DNA of 64,000 nt from Octopus sinensis. Its lineage: Eukaryota. Numbering within the stretch: the first letter of the stretch is position 1; every line of letters starts with the position of its first letter. A program made the position numbers and the translations under genes. Of this stretch, positions 1-12,205 are shown piece after piece. The DNA lies in contig NC_042997.1 of NCBI RefSeq assembly GCF_006345805.1, positions 117,304,001 through 117,368,000 on the forward strand, in the 5' to 3' direction. The notes under the pieces were generated by a model. That model did not search any database. It saw nothing but the letters and a program-made list of their open reading frames with translations, and was not told the origin of the DNA.

Positions 1-510
1 CGATGTACTAAGAAAGCCAAATCTGATAAGCTAATGTCAAATATTCGGACAAAATGCCTTGTGGTATTTAGATGCGACCCTTGACGTCTAGAGCCGGAAA
101 TCCCACCGAGATTACCTTTACCTTTCATCATCTCACGCTCGAAAACTAAGATAAAAGTGAACTGAAATGGGATATAATCTTATCCCTTCCCACAAAATGC
201 GTGGGTTTTGCGTCAGTATTACACATCAAATATATTCGAATATTTGTTATTGATTAACCTGTGATCGAACAAATGTCTGGTATACAAGTAGTTATTCGAA
301 ATTCATTAGACTCTTTCCAGCACAAACCATCCGGTCTCTAGGCAAATGAATTCAATGCTGCATTATCCGGTGTTCATCCCTACCTTAAGATGATAGAATG
401 TTAACTCAAGCAATTCTTTCGAGCGCGTAGAAGCACTCACGTTGTCACACTCGGAGATATTTTCTCAGAAGAGTATTAACAGTTTTATATTGGTTGCAGG
501 ATTCTTATGG

Positions 511-910
511 GGGCAGTCATGACTGGGTGGTTATGAAACTCGCATTGCAACCACGTAGTTTTGGGTTCGATCTCACTGCGCGGCACCTTGGACAAGTGTC
601 TTATAATATAGCACCGGACCAACAATACGTAGTGATTGAGCTCGGTACGCGGAAACTGTGTCGAAGCCAGTCGTATATACTTATGTGTGTGGGAGAGAGT
701 ACACCTGTGTGTATATTGAGTGTGTCTGGTCTATGTTTGTTTCCTCCCCGCTGGTGTTGGTTTGTTTATGTCCCTGTAATCTAACGTTTCGCCAAAAAAA
801 TATTAACGATCGAGGAAGTACCAGACTCTAAAAAAGGTTGTTTTGTTCGACTAAACACTTCAAGGTGCTGCCCCAGCATGGCTGCTGTCCAATGCTTCAA
901 ATAAGTCAAA
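511..910 (+). mobile_element. Degenerate tRNA-derived SINE, family A
   Basis: Decayed head, ccttggacaagtgtctt body, internal GT repeat, tail ggtgctgccccagcatggctgc. Confidence 0.7.
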
Positions 911-1059
911 CGAATCACTTCCTTGTGTTTTAATATAAACCATTGAATAAGAATGAACCATCATTTTACTGATTTCTTTAAAATAAAAACGAATTATCAT
1001 TGCCACTTCCTATCAACAGAATGCTCAGTGTCAAAATATTCTACTGCACATGGGATCGA

Positions 1060-1437
1060 GTGGCACTCCGTCGGTTGCGACGACGAGGGTTCCAGTTGAT
1101 CCGATCAACGGAACAGCCTGCTCGTGAGATTAACGTGTAAATGGCTGAGCATTCCACAGACACGTGTACACTTAACGTAGTTCTCAGGGAGATTCAGCGT
1201 GTCACACAGTGTGACAAGACTGGCCCTTTGAAATACACGCACAACAAAAACAGGAAGAGGAGTGAAAGAATGTTGTGGCGAAAGAGTACAGCAGGGTTCG
1301 CCACCACCCACTGCCGGAGCCTTGTGGAGCTTTAGGTATTTTCGCTCAATAAATACTCACAATGCCCGGTATATGATCGAAACTGCGATCCCACGACCCC
1401 GAGTCCGCTGCCCAAATCGCTAGGCCATTGTGCCTCC
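1060..1437 (-). mobile_element. tRNA(Arg)-like-headed SINE, family B, tail type ii
   Basis: Minus strand reads GGAGGCACAATGGCCTAG...; body ctgctgtactctttcgccacaac; tail ...ggaaccctcgtcgtcgcaaccgacggagtgcc. Confidence 0.85.
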
Positions 1438-1475
1438 ACATATAGTATCATTACGACCATGAACAAGACAGCGTG

Positions 1476-1872
1476 ATGGCAGAATCGTTAGCGCACCGGG
1501 AGAATGCTTAGTGGCACTTCGTCCGTCTTAAAGACGTTCTGAGTTCAAAATTCCGCTGAGGTCGAGTTCGCCTCCCATCCTTCCGGAGCCGATAAATTAT
1601 GTACCAGTTGAGTACTGGGGCCTATGCAACCGACTATTCTCCTGCCCCACATTTCAGGCCTTGTGTCTATAGTAGAAAAGTATCCTTAGCACACCGAAAA
1701 AATTGCGTAGCGGCATTTCGTCCGGCTTAAACTTCTGAGTTCAAATTCCACCAAAATTGACTTTCATCCCTTTCGGTGTCGATAAAATACATACCAGTTC
1801 AACACTGGGGTCGAACTAATCCACTTATCCCTTTCCCCAAAATTGCGGACTTTGTGCCAAAATTTGAAACCA
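1476..1872 (+). mobile_element. Two tandem family C SINEs (central ...ttcatcc(t)tttcgg..tcgataaa..gtaccag domain)
   Basis: Two successive copies of tctgagttcaaa..tcc..c + catcc.ttc.g..g.cgataaa...accagtt + actggg; homologous to 13322-13549. Confidence 0.8.
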
Positions 1873-1904
1873 GTATATATCACTCATCTTAAAGCACAAT
1901 ATTA

Positions 1905-2182
1905 ACGTATCTGATTGCTCCCAATTGTAAGGCTGTGAGTTCGATTCCCAACAGCTCATTGTGTCCTTGGACAAGACGCTTCATTTCACTCAACGGGCAA
2001 AAATGAGTTGTACCTGTAACTAAAAGGGCCAGCCTTGTCACACTGATTCTCCCAGAGAACTACGTTAAAGGTTCGCATGTCTGTGGAGTGCTCAGCCACT
2101 TGCACCTTAATTTCACGAGCAGGCTTTTCAGTTGATTGGATCTGATGAAACGTTCGTCGCCGCAAACGACGGAATGCCAGTT
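1905..2182 (+). mobile_element. SINE with a different tRNA-like head carrying the same tail type ii
   Basis: gagttcgattcc B-box, gtgtccttggacaag body, then aagggccagccttgtcacac...aatttcacgagcaggct...gacggaatgcc shared with 1060-1250. Confidence 0.75.
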
Positions 2183-2380
2183 GTTTTGTTTCTTTTACGC
2201 TGTTTCTCACAACTGCTTGACAACCAGTGTTGGTTGGCTTACGTCTCCAGCATGGCCGCAACCCATACTCACTAGTTTTAAACCAGACTATTTGATACAG
2301 CGACTACTGATTTGATCAACCATATTGGACGTCTAAAATATTCTTGAAGTCCATGATCGGTTAAACCGAATTATATAGCC

Positions 2381-2647
2381 CAGTGGTTCCCAAAGTGGGC
2401 GGTACCGCCCTCTAGAGACGATGGAAAAATCTGGTGGGAGAGTTGCAGAAAAATGCGGTGATAATGGGTGACCAAAATGGGGCAATGGATTAAAAAGAAA
2501 ACAAAATACAGGGTTAATTAGGTAAAGTTTAAAGTTTTAATTACGAAATACTGCTGTTTTGAATTTGCTACAGAAAATAGCCAATGTATGTGATGGTGAG
2601 TGGATGGAGGTGCACCAGAACTGCCTGAAAAATTTTGGGAACCACTA
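2381..2647. mobile_element. hAT (Charlie-like) MITE
   Basis: Terminal inverted repeats cagtggttcccaaa / tttgggaaccacta; 8-bp TSD not preserved. Confidence 0.7.
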
Positions 2648-2854
2648 CATATTATAGTCTATTTTGCCTATTTCTAATTCACTGTTGTCTTAGAAAATTC
2701 TGAATTGAAGATGGCTTAATTTGATAATCCTACTTCATACAGAATATATTCTTAGAGAGATCAAGCGACTCTCTAAGGTGGGCTTGGGATATCTGTATTG
2801 TAAAATGTCCAAGCGGAACTAAAGTGAATGATACAAATGAAAAAAGTGCCCATA

Positions 2855-3247
2855 TAGGCGAAGGAGTGACTGTGTGGTAAGTAGCTATAGGCGCAGGAGT
2901 GGCTATGTGTTAAATAGTTTGCTTACGAACCACATGGTTCCGGGTTCAGTCCCACTGCGTGTTATCTTGGGCAGGTGTTTTCTACTATAGCCTCGGGTCG
3001 ACCAAAGCCTTATGAGTGGATTTCGTAGATAGAAACTGAAAGAAGCCCGTTTGTCCCCCTAGCATTGCTTGACAACCGATGCTGGTGTGTTTATGTTCCC
3101 ATCACTTAGCGGTTCAGCAAAAGAGCCCGATAGAATAAGTACTAAACTTACAAAGAATAAGTCCCGGGATCGATTTGCTCGACTAAAGGCGGTGCTGCAG
3201 CATGGCCGCAGTCAAATGATTGAAACAAGTAAAAGAGTAAAAGAGTA
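2855..3247 (+). mobile_element. Family A SINE with duplicated 5' head
   Basis: taggcgaaggagtgactgtgtggtaagtagct followed by a second head taggcgcaggagtggct; tail ggcggtgctgcagcatggccgcagtcaaatgattgaaac + (aaagagt)n. Confidence 0.9.
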
Positions 3248-3249
3248 TA

Positions 3250-3445
3250 TGCGCAGGCATGGTTGTGCGGTTAAGAATCTCGCTTTGTAACCATATGGTT
3301 TCGGGTTCATCCGCACTGCACGGTAGTCTGGGCAAGCGTGTCTTCTGTAGCCCCGAGCCGACCAATGCATTGTGAGTGAGTTTGATTGACGGATATTGTG
3401 TGGAAGCCTGTCGTACATATCTGTGTGTGTATATGTATATGTGTA
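3250..3445 (+). mobile_element. Family A-related SINE 5' half
   Basis: Head and body ending in the GT/TA microsatellite. Confidence 0.7.
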
Positions 3446-4407
3446 TGTACGTGTGTATTTGTTTTATGATCTTTATTGTAGAGGAGAGACAGCTATATAC
3501 AGTCACTCGTTATTATTTTATGAATTTAGAAAGAAATAGTAATCTAAGAATGGTTCTGAAGAAGACAACAGTTAAAATACATTTGGTTACATCCATTTAT
3601 TTTCTGAGTGTATATGCCACGAAGGTCAATATTACTTTTCTTCATTTCTAAATTGATAAAATAAGAACCAATACAAAAGTACCAGGTTCCACAGAAATCA
3701 ACTATTCTCTTGACAGTTGTACTTCCACATAACCATAAACGAATGACATAAAACAGCAAAAGATCAAATAACCATTTCGAATAATGGAAGTGGATCAAAG
3801 TCCATACTCTGGATAAATATTACGTAATAACTGTAAAAGGATTTCTGTTTTCTTCAATTTGTTCTACGAGATTAGTTCTGCGAGCATCTTACCGTAGAAG
3901 CAATTTTCTAGTAAACTAGATCAGCAACACGGTTTTGATTTCATATACAATAATTTCATCTTACTTAGTGTTACTGGGAAAGGCAAAAACGTTACACAGC
4001 CATGTAACTCCTTTATTTTTAAAGTTGGCGTCTCCTTTTGAGAGAAATCGATATTGGAAGATTAGTCTTTAGGTAAGTATTAATGGAATTTAGGCTCTAA
4101 ATAGTACACACATTTCTTTCTTTTTCTCTCTCTTTCTCTCTATCTATCTACCTCTATCCGCCACCCCACCCCCAGAGTCAATAAAATAAGCCATATCAAT
4201 TGAGTTAGAGGTTTAATCGATCATGGACTCTCTAGAGTATTTTAACTGTCCAATACGGCTGATTTCAGTGGTAATCACCGTAGCAAATAGTTTGATCTAA
4301 GACTGGTCAGTACGTATTTTAATTTCTGCAAACAGTATGCTTGCCCTTATGGACACAAAATACATTCATATAAGCTCATCACATGCGTTATGATGAATAC
4401 ACACATA

Positions 4408-5279
4408 CGTGGTCTGATCAATAAGTATCCGGACTGTTGCCATAGTAACCAACCTAAAGGACACAGAGTAAAACCGTTTGACACAAATTGACCTTAAACT
4501 CTGCTGTTCACGTGCACTAAATTTTCGTAATTTACAGCACTACTTGGAAGGAATGTGTGTAGCGTGCGATCGTCGCATTGACCAAAACAGAGGAGCTGAG
4601 CGGATAATCTGCATCAACTTTTGCCAAAATCCTGGCGATACCTGCTCAGAGGCCTACTCAGAGTTTTCAAAAACTTTTCATCGTTCTCGACACAGCCAAG
4701 GAACTCTTGTACAAATGAAATTCGTATGTCTTTTTAGTCAGCTGAAAGTAATTTTGGCACAAACTTGACAGACGCACGTCTCATACCCAAATCTTCATAC
4801 CCAAAACTGAACTGAACCGTAACTAATCTACACATTCCCTGATAACTCACGGATGGTAATTCGACGATTTTCTCTCACAGTTGCACACATCTGCGATGGT
4901 TTTCTCTGTTCTGCAGGTTGCGGAGCTCCCAGAACATTCGTCAATATCGCCATTTTTTCAGCCATCTTGAAAACGTCTGAACCTCTCGCACACTTGTGTA
5001 TGGCTCATACACTCCTTTCCATATACTTTTTACAACTTCGCGTAGACCTCTGAGCAGGTATCGCCATGACAACTTTCTTTGTCATGGTCAATGCGACGAT
5101 CACACGCCACACACCTTCCTCCCAAGCACTGCTGTAAACAGCGAAAATGAGCTAGAACGTTAAAATTTAGTGCGCATGCACAGCAGAGTTCAAGGTCAAT
5201 CTTTACCAAGCGGCTTCACTCTGCATACTTTAGCTGCGTTACTATAGCAACAGCCCGGATACTTATTGATCAGGCGTTG
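4408..5279. mobile_element. Mariner-derived non-autonomous element made of two facing 5' ends
   Basis: TA flanks at 4406-4407 and 5280-5281; TIR ctgatcaataagtatccgg.ctgttgc.atagtaac; left end encodes mariner HTH-like start (RIICINFCQNPGDTCSEAY), right end is a reverse-oriented longer 5' transposase fragment. Confidence 0.85.
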
Positions 5280-5599
5280 TATGCGTATAATTACATGCTC
5301 TAATGATTGAATTTGTAATTTAGAAATGCTAATCAAAGATCACACTAGCATTGTTATGATAATAGATTCAAACCGCAGCCCATTATGCGTCTGAATACCA
5401 AAAAGTATAATCACCAGGATTTCTATTCTATTTCCCTTCATTATTCTCTATAGCCATATCCCCGCACGAGTTCCCCCTGTCAATATAAATATATAGAGCC
5501 ACCCACTAACCAGCCTCAGTTATATTACTAAACCGTCCCACTTGTCCTCCAATGTATCAAAAAAATCTACATACATGCATAAATTGCTACATATGTAAG

Positions 5600-5649
5600 T
5601 ATAGTTATATATGTATGTATCTATGTGTGTAAGTACATTCATACACATT

Positions 5650-5683
<34 letters not shown>

Positions 5684-5753
5684 TATATAAATAGTTACAT
5701 GCATACACGCATAAATATATATATACATACGCACACGCGCGCATGTATATATA

Positions 5754-5786
<33 letters not shown>

Positions 5787-6140
5787 AAATGCATATATAT
5801 ATATATGTATATATATTTATATATGTATGTATTATGTATATATATGTATATATATATATGTGTGTGTATGTGTATATATATGTGCATATATGTGCATGTA
5901 TATATATATATGTGTATGTGTGTGTATGTGTATATATATGTGTGTTTACATATGTATATATATATATATGTGTGTGTATATATGTATATATATGTGTATA
6001 TATGTATATATATATATGAGTGTAAATATATATTTATATATATATATGTGTGTGTACATATATATGTATATATGTATACATATATATTTGTGTGCGTATA
6101 TATATATACATATATATATATACATATATATTTGTGTGCG

Positions 6141-6187
<47 letters not shown>
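5600..6187. repeat. Compound (TA)n/(TATG)n microsatellite array
   Basis: Direct reading; produces spurious Y/I/M/C/V ORFs. Confidence 0.97.
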
Positions 6188-6887
6188 ATCGGTTAAACTT
6201 ATCTCTAATTCCAAGATTCGAGGAATTTAGTTCAACATTGATCGTGCTCATCACTTTATACTGATACCCAAACATAAAACATACTTTCTGTCAGAGATAA
6301 AGCTTCCCATTTGTTCGTTCTCATGTGCGATGTGGCAGTACAAACAAAAAATAAAAGTATTATATTTGCAATACTTGGTGAAAATCACCTTCACGTTCAA
6401 ATGAACGTGGCGGCTCTACGTAGTATACAAGAAATCGTAGGCGCCATCCACCTCGAATAACAATCATTTTATAAATGTATACACGCTGGGTAATGGAATT
6501 TTTCTACAACCCTCCTATTCCCCACATCCCAAACAAGATAACCGTCTAATCCCATTGTGAAACTGAATCAGTCCATTCGCCGCCCATTTTGCTTTCAAGC
6601 ACTCAATGAGTTTTCACATCTAATCTCTTTTAAGCTCTCTGCTGTCCCTTCAAATATCTCGCCACCATGTACACTGTCAAATTTAGACAATTCTCTGATT
6701 GCTTTCACCCGAGTAAGCACCACCCGTTACTTTCAAACATTGCTCTAAAATGCTTCACCAAAACCACACTAAATGTTTAACATACCTACTTTGACGGATT
6801 CCATGGGACTATATTTCTTATTCTCAGTCTTAGCAACCTTTCTCGCTCACTTCGAATATCTCAAATTTCTCTCTGTCTCCGCGCGCA

Positions 6888-7616
6888 CACACACACACAC
6901 ACACACAAACACGCTAACACACTCATACGCACACACATATACACGCATACACATATGCAAACGGGCGCACGCGCACACATAACGATGTTGGGGGACAAAC
7001 AGACACATATACACACACACACATATATATGTATATACATATATACTACGGGCTTCTTTTCGGTTTCCGTCTACCAAATCCACTCACAAGGCTATATAGT
7101 AGAAGGCACTTGCCCAAGGTTCCACGCAGTGGGACTGAACCCGGAACCATGTGGTTTGTAAGCAAGCTACTTACGACACAGCCACTCCTACTCCTATATA
7201 TATATAATAATAATAATAATGAGTATAACTCCAAACTTACAGGGAAAAATTCAATTTAGTATTAAATCAAATTTCACAATATAAATATATAATATATATA
7301 GATTAGAGAAAAACCACTATTATGTAATTCAAACAATGTTCGACGAGTCGTGTTCTGTCCTACCTCCGAAACACGCTGGAGTTGAACTAGGGACAGCTGA
7401 TGAAGGGGATTTTTCCTTGTGTAGTTTGTCTTGTACTCTGTTTTTCGTTGTAAAAAAATGGTCCGTTCCATGCTTGTTTTTCCGTTTTCGTTTGTCGCTG
7501 AGTTCTACGTCTATTTGTGGTGTCCTGTACTCACATATATATTTATATATGCATGTATATATACATGTAGATGTAGGTACGTACATATATGTATGTATGT
7601 ATGCATATATTTTATT

Positions 7617-7658
<42 letters not shown>

Positions 7659-9091
7659 AAAAGCGGTAAGATAACAAAAGGTTTCTCCGATGGCCGGATA
7701 ACTGAAGAGATGGTGGCGTGGATTTACACCTCGGAGTTTTACATTGGCTACCGAATAATTGTCACATATTACATTTACATATATATATATATATATACTT
7801 TTATTCGATTCGCTCATTTGACTGTCGCCATGCTGGAACATCGCCTTTAGATGAACAAATTCACCTTAGGTCTTGTTCATTGTAAGCCGTGTACTTATTC
7901 TATCGGACTCTTTTGCCGAACCGCTAGTTTATAGAGACGTAAACACATCAACATCTGTTGTCAAAGCGATGATTGGTCGACAATCACACACACCACACAC
8001 ACACACACAACACAAACACGCTAACACACTCATACGCACACACATATACACGCATACACATATGCAAACGGGCGCACGCGCACACATAACGATGTTGGGG
8101 GACAAACAGACACATATACACACACACACATATATATGTATATACATATATACTACGGGCTTCTTTTCGGTTTCCGTCTACCAAATCCACTCACAAGGCT
8201 ATATAGTAGAAGGCACTTGCCCAAGGTTCCACGCAGTGGGACTGAACCCGGAACCATGTGGTTTGTAAGCAAGCTACTTACGACACAGCCACTCCTACTC
8301 CTATATATATATAATAATAATAATAATGAGTATAACTCCAAACTTACAGGGAAAAATTCAATTTAGTATTAAATCAAATTTCACAATATAAATATATAAT
8401 ATATATAGATTAGAGAAAAACCACTATTATGTAATTCAAACAATGTTCGACGAGTCGTGTTCTGTCCTACCTCCGAAACACGCTGGAGTTGAACTAGGGA
8501 CAGCTGATGAAGGGGATTTTTCCTTGTGTAGTTTGTCTTGTACTCTGTTTTTCGTTGTAAAAAAATGGTCCGTTCCATGCTTGTTTTTCCGTTTTCGTTT
8601 GTCGCTGAGTTCTACGTCTATTTGTGGTGTCCTGTACTCACATATATATTTATATATGCATGTATATATACATGTAGATGTAGGTACGTACATATATGTA
8701 TGTATGTATGCATATATTTTATTTATTATATATATATATATATTGTTAAAAGCGGTAAGATAACAAAAGGTTTCTCCGATGGCCGGATAACTGAAGAGAT
8801 GGTGGCGTGGATTTACACCTCGGAGTTTTACATTGGCTACCGAATAATTGTCACATATTACATTTACAGATATATATATATATACTTTTATTCGATTCGC
8901 TCATTTGACTGTCGCCATGCTGGAACATCGCCTTTAGATGAACAAATTCACCTTAGGTCTTGTTCATTGTAAGCCGTGTACTTATTCTATCGGACTCTTT
9001 TGCCGAACCGCTAGTTTATAGAGACGTAAACACATCAACATCTGTTGTCAAAGCGATGATTGGTCGACAATCACACACACACACACACACA
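6888..9091. repeat. Near-identical tandem duplication of about 1.1 kb (offset 1107, then 1087 after a TA-length difference)
   Basis: 7029-7259 equals 8136-8366; 7336 equals 8443; 7873 equals 8960; breakpoints in (CA)n tracts. Confidence 0.93.
7797..8303 (-). mobile_element. Family A SINE (chimeric, at the duplication junction); half copies at 6981-7196 and 8885-9192
   Basis: Reverse complement of head gccactcctactcc, body and tail gccatgctggaacatcgcc. Confidence 0.88.
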
Positions 9092-9467
9092 CGTTTCCGC
9101 CTACCAAATCCACTCAGAACACTTTGGTCGTCCCAAGGTATTATGCAATGGGACTGATCCCGGTACCATATGGTTGGGAAGCTTGCACCTATGTATATAT
9201 ATTTATAATTTTCCCTCTTACCGTTTTTGAAATCAACGTATGACCTCAACAGAAATCTTATAAGCTGGCAAGGCAAGATGAGATTCTAGACGCGATGAGG
9301 ACCACTGATGAGCGTTAAGATGCATTAAGCATCAGAAAGCGAAATCATCGATGATCTGGCTGTATCTCCGAGCATATAGAGCTTGTCAGTTTGTTGACTA
9401 TTGAGTTGTTTGCCTGTTATTTCTAGCAATACTGGTGTTAAGTAGTGCATTTGTTCACTTTAGTGAC

Positions 9468-9506
<39 letters not shown>

Positions 9507-9510
<4 letters not shown>

Positions 9511-10052
9511 CGTGACCGTGATCACCGTGACCGTGATCACTGTGACCGACCAGGCTATCACATGTTGCTACACATCGCTGGTCACAATGCGCTTCGCATT
9601 GTTTTAGCCTTCAAATGATTGCCACCCCGCTGGCTAAGTGAACAGGCCAACAGAAGAAAGAGTGAGAGAAAGTTGTGGCGAAAGAGTACAGCAGAGATCG
9701 CTAGCACCCACTGCCGGAGCCTTGTGGGGCTTTAGGTGTTTTATATATATATAAATCCCGTGACCGACCAGACCATCAGATGTTGTTACACATCGCTGGT
9801 CACAATGCATTCGCATTGTTTTAACCTTCCAATGACGCCACCCCGCTGGCTAAGCGAGCAGGCCAACAGAAGAAAGAGTGAGAGAAAGAGTGGTGAAAGA
9901 GTACAGCAGGGACTACCACCCCCTGCCCTAGAATCGTGGAGCTTTTTAAGGTTTTTTCGCTCAATAAACACTCACAACGCCCGGTCTGGGAATCGAAACC
10001 GCGATCCTACGACCGCAAGTCCGCTGCCCTAACCACTGGGCCATTGCACCTC

Positions 10053-10053
<1 letters not shown>
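9507..10053 (-). mobile_element. Two tandem family B SINEs with tail type i (9507-9741 5'-truncated; 9756-10053 full length), each ending in (TA)n
   Basis: Tail ...gcattgtgaccagcgatgtgt...ggtcggtcacgg(tgatcacgg)n then TA; the second copy has the tRNA-like head. Confidence 0.88.
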
Positions 10054-10089
<36 letters not shown>

Positions 10090-10191
10090 GTGTGTTTCTT
10101 AAATGGCTTATAAACACCTTCCACGCTGCAATCGTTTTCGTTTCAGCACACGATCTCAGATCAAATTACTTGCTATGCGAGTACATCTCCG

Positions 10192-10239
<48 letters not shown>

Positions 10240-10726
10240 TTTCTGTATTTCTTCCACTTCCTTCGTCTTTCTCTCATAATCCTCTGCAAGAAATTCGATT
10301 TCTGCATAACAAGATCGACTTAAGGTTTTTTTTTCTACCCCCACCACCTTCACCATTGGTCTCTCACTCACAAAAAACAATTGGTAAAAACAAAGTTGTT
10401 GGCATGGATCTCTAGGCGACCCTTCAAGAGCCATGGGTGCCGCTTCTTCTTCCCTAATATATAAAGTGATTGCGAATCATGGCACCACCTCCCGGTGTTT
10501 AGAATGCTGACTGATACTTTACAATGTGATACACTTAAGTATAGTAATATTCATAGCACGATGCTTTAGTGTTGCTACATAATACATTTTGCTAAATCAT
10601 AAGGTGAGAGATAATAACCTCATTGTGTTATAAATAGCAATATCATGATACCATTTTCAACCGAATCATGATGCTAGGAATAACAATAAGAAAACGTGTT
10701 AATTTTAAATTATCATGGTTAATTCA

Positions 10727-11120
10727 GCATATATATATATATATTATATATATATATATATATATATGTACGTATGTATGTATGTATGTATATATATATA
10801 TGTATATATATATACATATATATATGTATATATGTATATATACATATATATATGTACGTATGTATGTATGTGTATATATATATATGTATATATATATATA
10901 CATATATATATATGTATATATGTATATATATACATATATATATGTACGTATGTATGTATGTATATATATATATGTATATATATATATACATCTATATATG
11001 TATATATGTATATATATACATATATATATATATGTACGTATGTATGTATATATATATATATGCATATATATATATGTACGTATGTATGTATATATATATA
11101 TATGCATATATGTACGTATG

Positions 11121-11152
<32 letters not shown>

Positions 11153-11228
11153 ATATATATGCATATATATATATATATATATACATATATATATGCATAT
11201 ATATATATATATGTACGTATGTATGTGC

Positions 11229-11280
<52 letters not shown>

Positions 11281-11340
11281 CCATTTATATACATATATGC
11301 ATGTGTCTGGAGTGTGTATGTTTGTGTGCGTATACATTCA
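10727..11340. repeat. Compound TA/TATG microsatellite array
   Basis: Direct reading. Confidence 0.97.
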
Positions 11341-11439
11341 TTTTGGTTTTTATGTTCAGTTGTAATTTAAAAAATTTACATTAATCTGATGGGTCTTTTG
11401 TAGAGTACAAACTCATTCTTAAACAAGTATATTACTGAC

Positions 11440-11512
11440 GGTGACTTCGGAGTTTCAGCTACCTGAGCCATCGTCGGGCGATGGCTCGACTGGCCGAAGC
11501 TTCGAAGTTACT
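11440..11512 (+). ncRNA. Isolated 34-bp GC-rich hairpin, pre-miRNA-like candidate
   Basis: Manual pairing 11440-11473 with 11479-11512: 3 mismatches, 6 G-U pairs, 5-nt loop; no known miRNA recognised. Confidence 0.3.
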
Positions 11513-11535
11513 CTCAATAATATTGTTTAAGTATA

Positions 11536-11576
<41 letters not shown>

Positions 11577-11579
<3 letters not shown>

Positions 11580-11741
11580 GCGTAGAAGTGGCTATGGGGT
11601 CAGTAGCTTGCTTACCAACCACATGGTTCCGGGTTCAGTCCCACTGCGTGGCACTTTGGCCAAGTGTCTTCTACTATAGCTTCGGGACGACCAAAGCCTT
11701 GTGAGTGGATTTGGAAGACAGAAACTGAAAGAAGCCCGTCG

Positions 11742-11830
<89 letters not shown>

Positions 11831-12060
11831 ATGTATGTGTGTATATGTTTGTTTGTCTGTGTTTGTCCCCCAAACATCGTTTGACAACCGATGCTTGTCT
11901 GTTTACGTCCCCGTAAATTAGCGGTTCGGCAAAAGAGACTGATAGAATAAGTACTAGGCTTACAAATAATGAGTCTTGAGGTCGATTTTCTCGGCTAAAA
12001 GGCGGTGCTCCAGCATGGCCACAGTCAAATGACTGAAGCAAGGTAAAGAGTAAAAGAGTA
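11577..12060 (+). mobile_element. Full-length family A SINE preceded by (GATA)n, with internal (GT)n
   Basis: Head ggcgtagaagtggct, tail ggcggtgctccagcatggccacagtcaaatgactgaa + aaagagt repeats. Confidence 0.92.
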
Positions 12061-12159
12061 GATACACGCAGGCGCACACACACGCACGCACACACACACA
12101 TATATATATATATAATAATAAATATTAGGGAATAAATCCAAATTTTTGTCTCTAATATA

Positions 12160-12205
<46 letters not shown>

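Noticed and set aside
7365-7415. Permuted hammerhead-like arrangement ctccGAAAcacgctgg...cagCTGATGAagggg (also at +1107)
   Set aside because: No NUH cleavage triplet or credible stem III/stem I; at most a decayed Penelope-like terminus.
9507-9545. Short regularly spaced repeats (CRISPR-like look)
   Set aside because: 9-nt slippage subrepeat of a SINE tail; no unique spacers, eukaryotic context.
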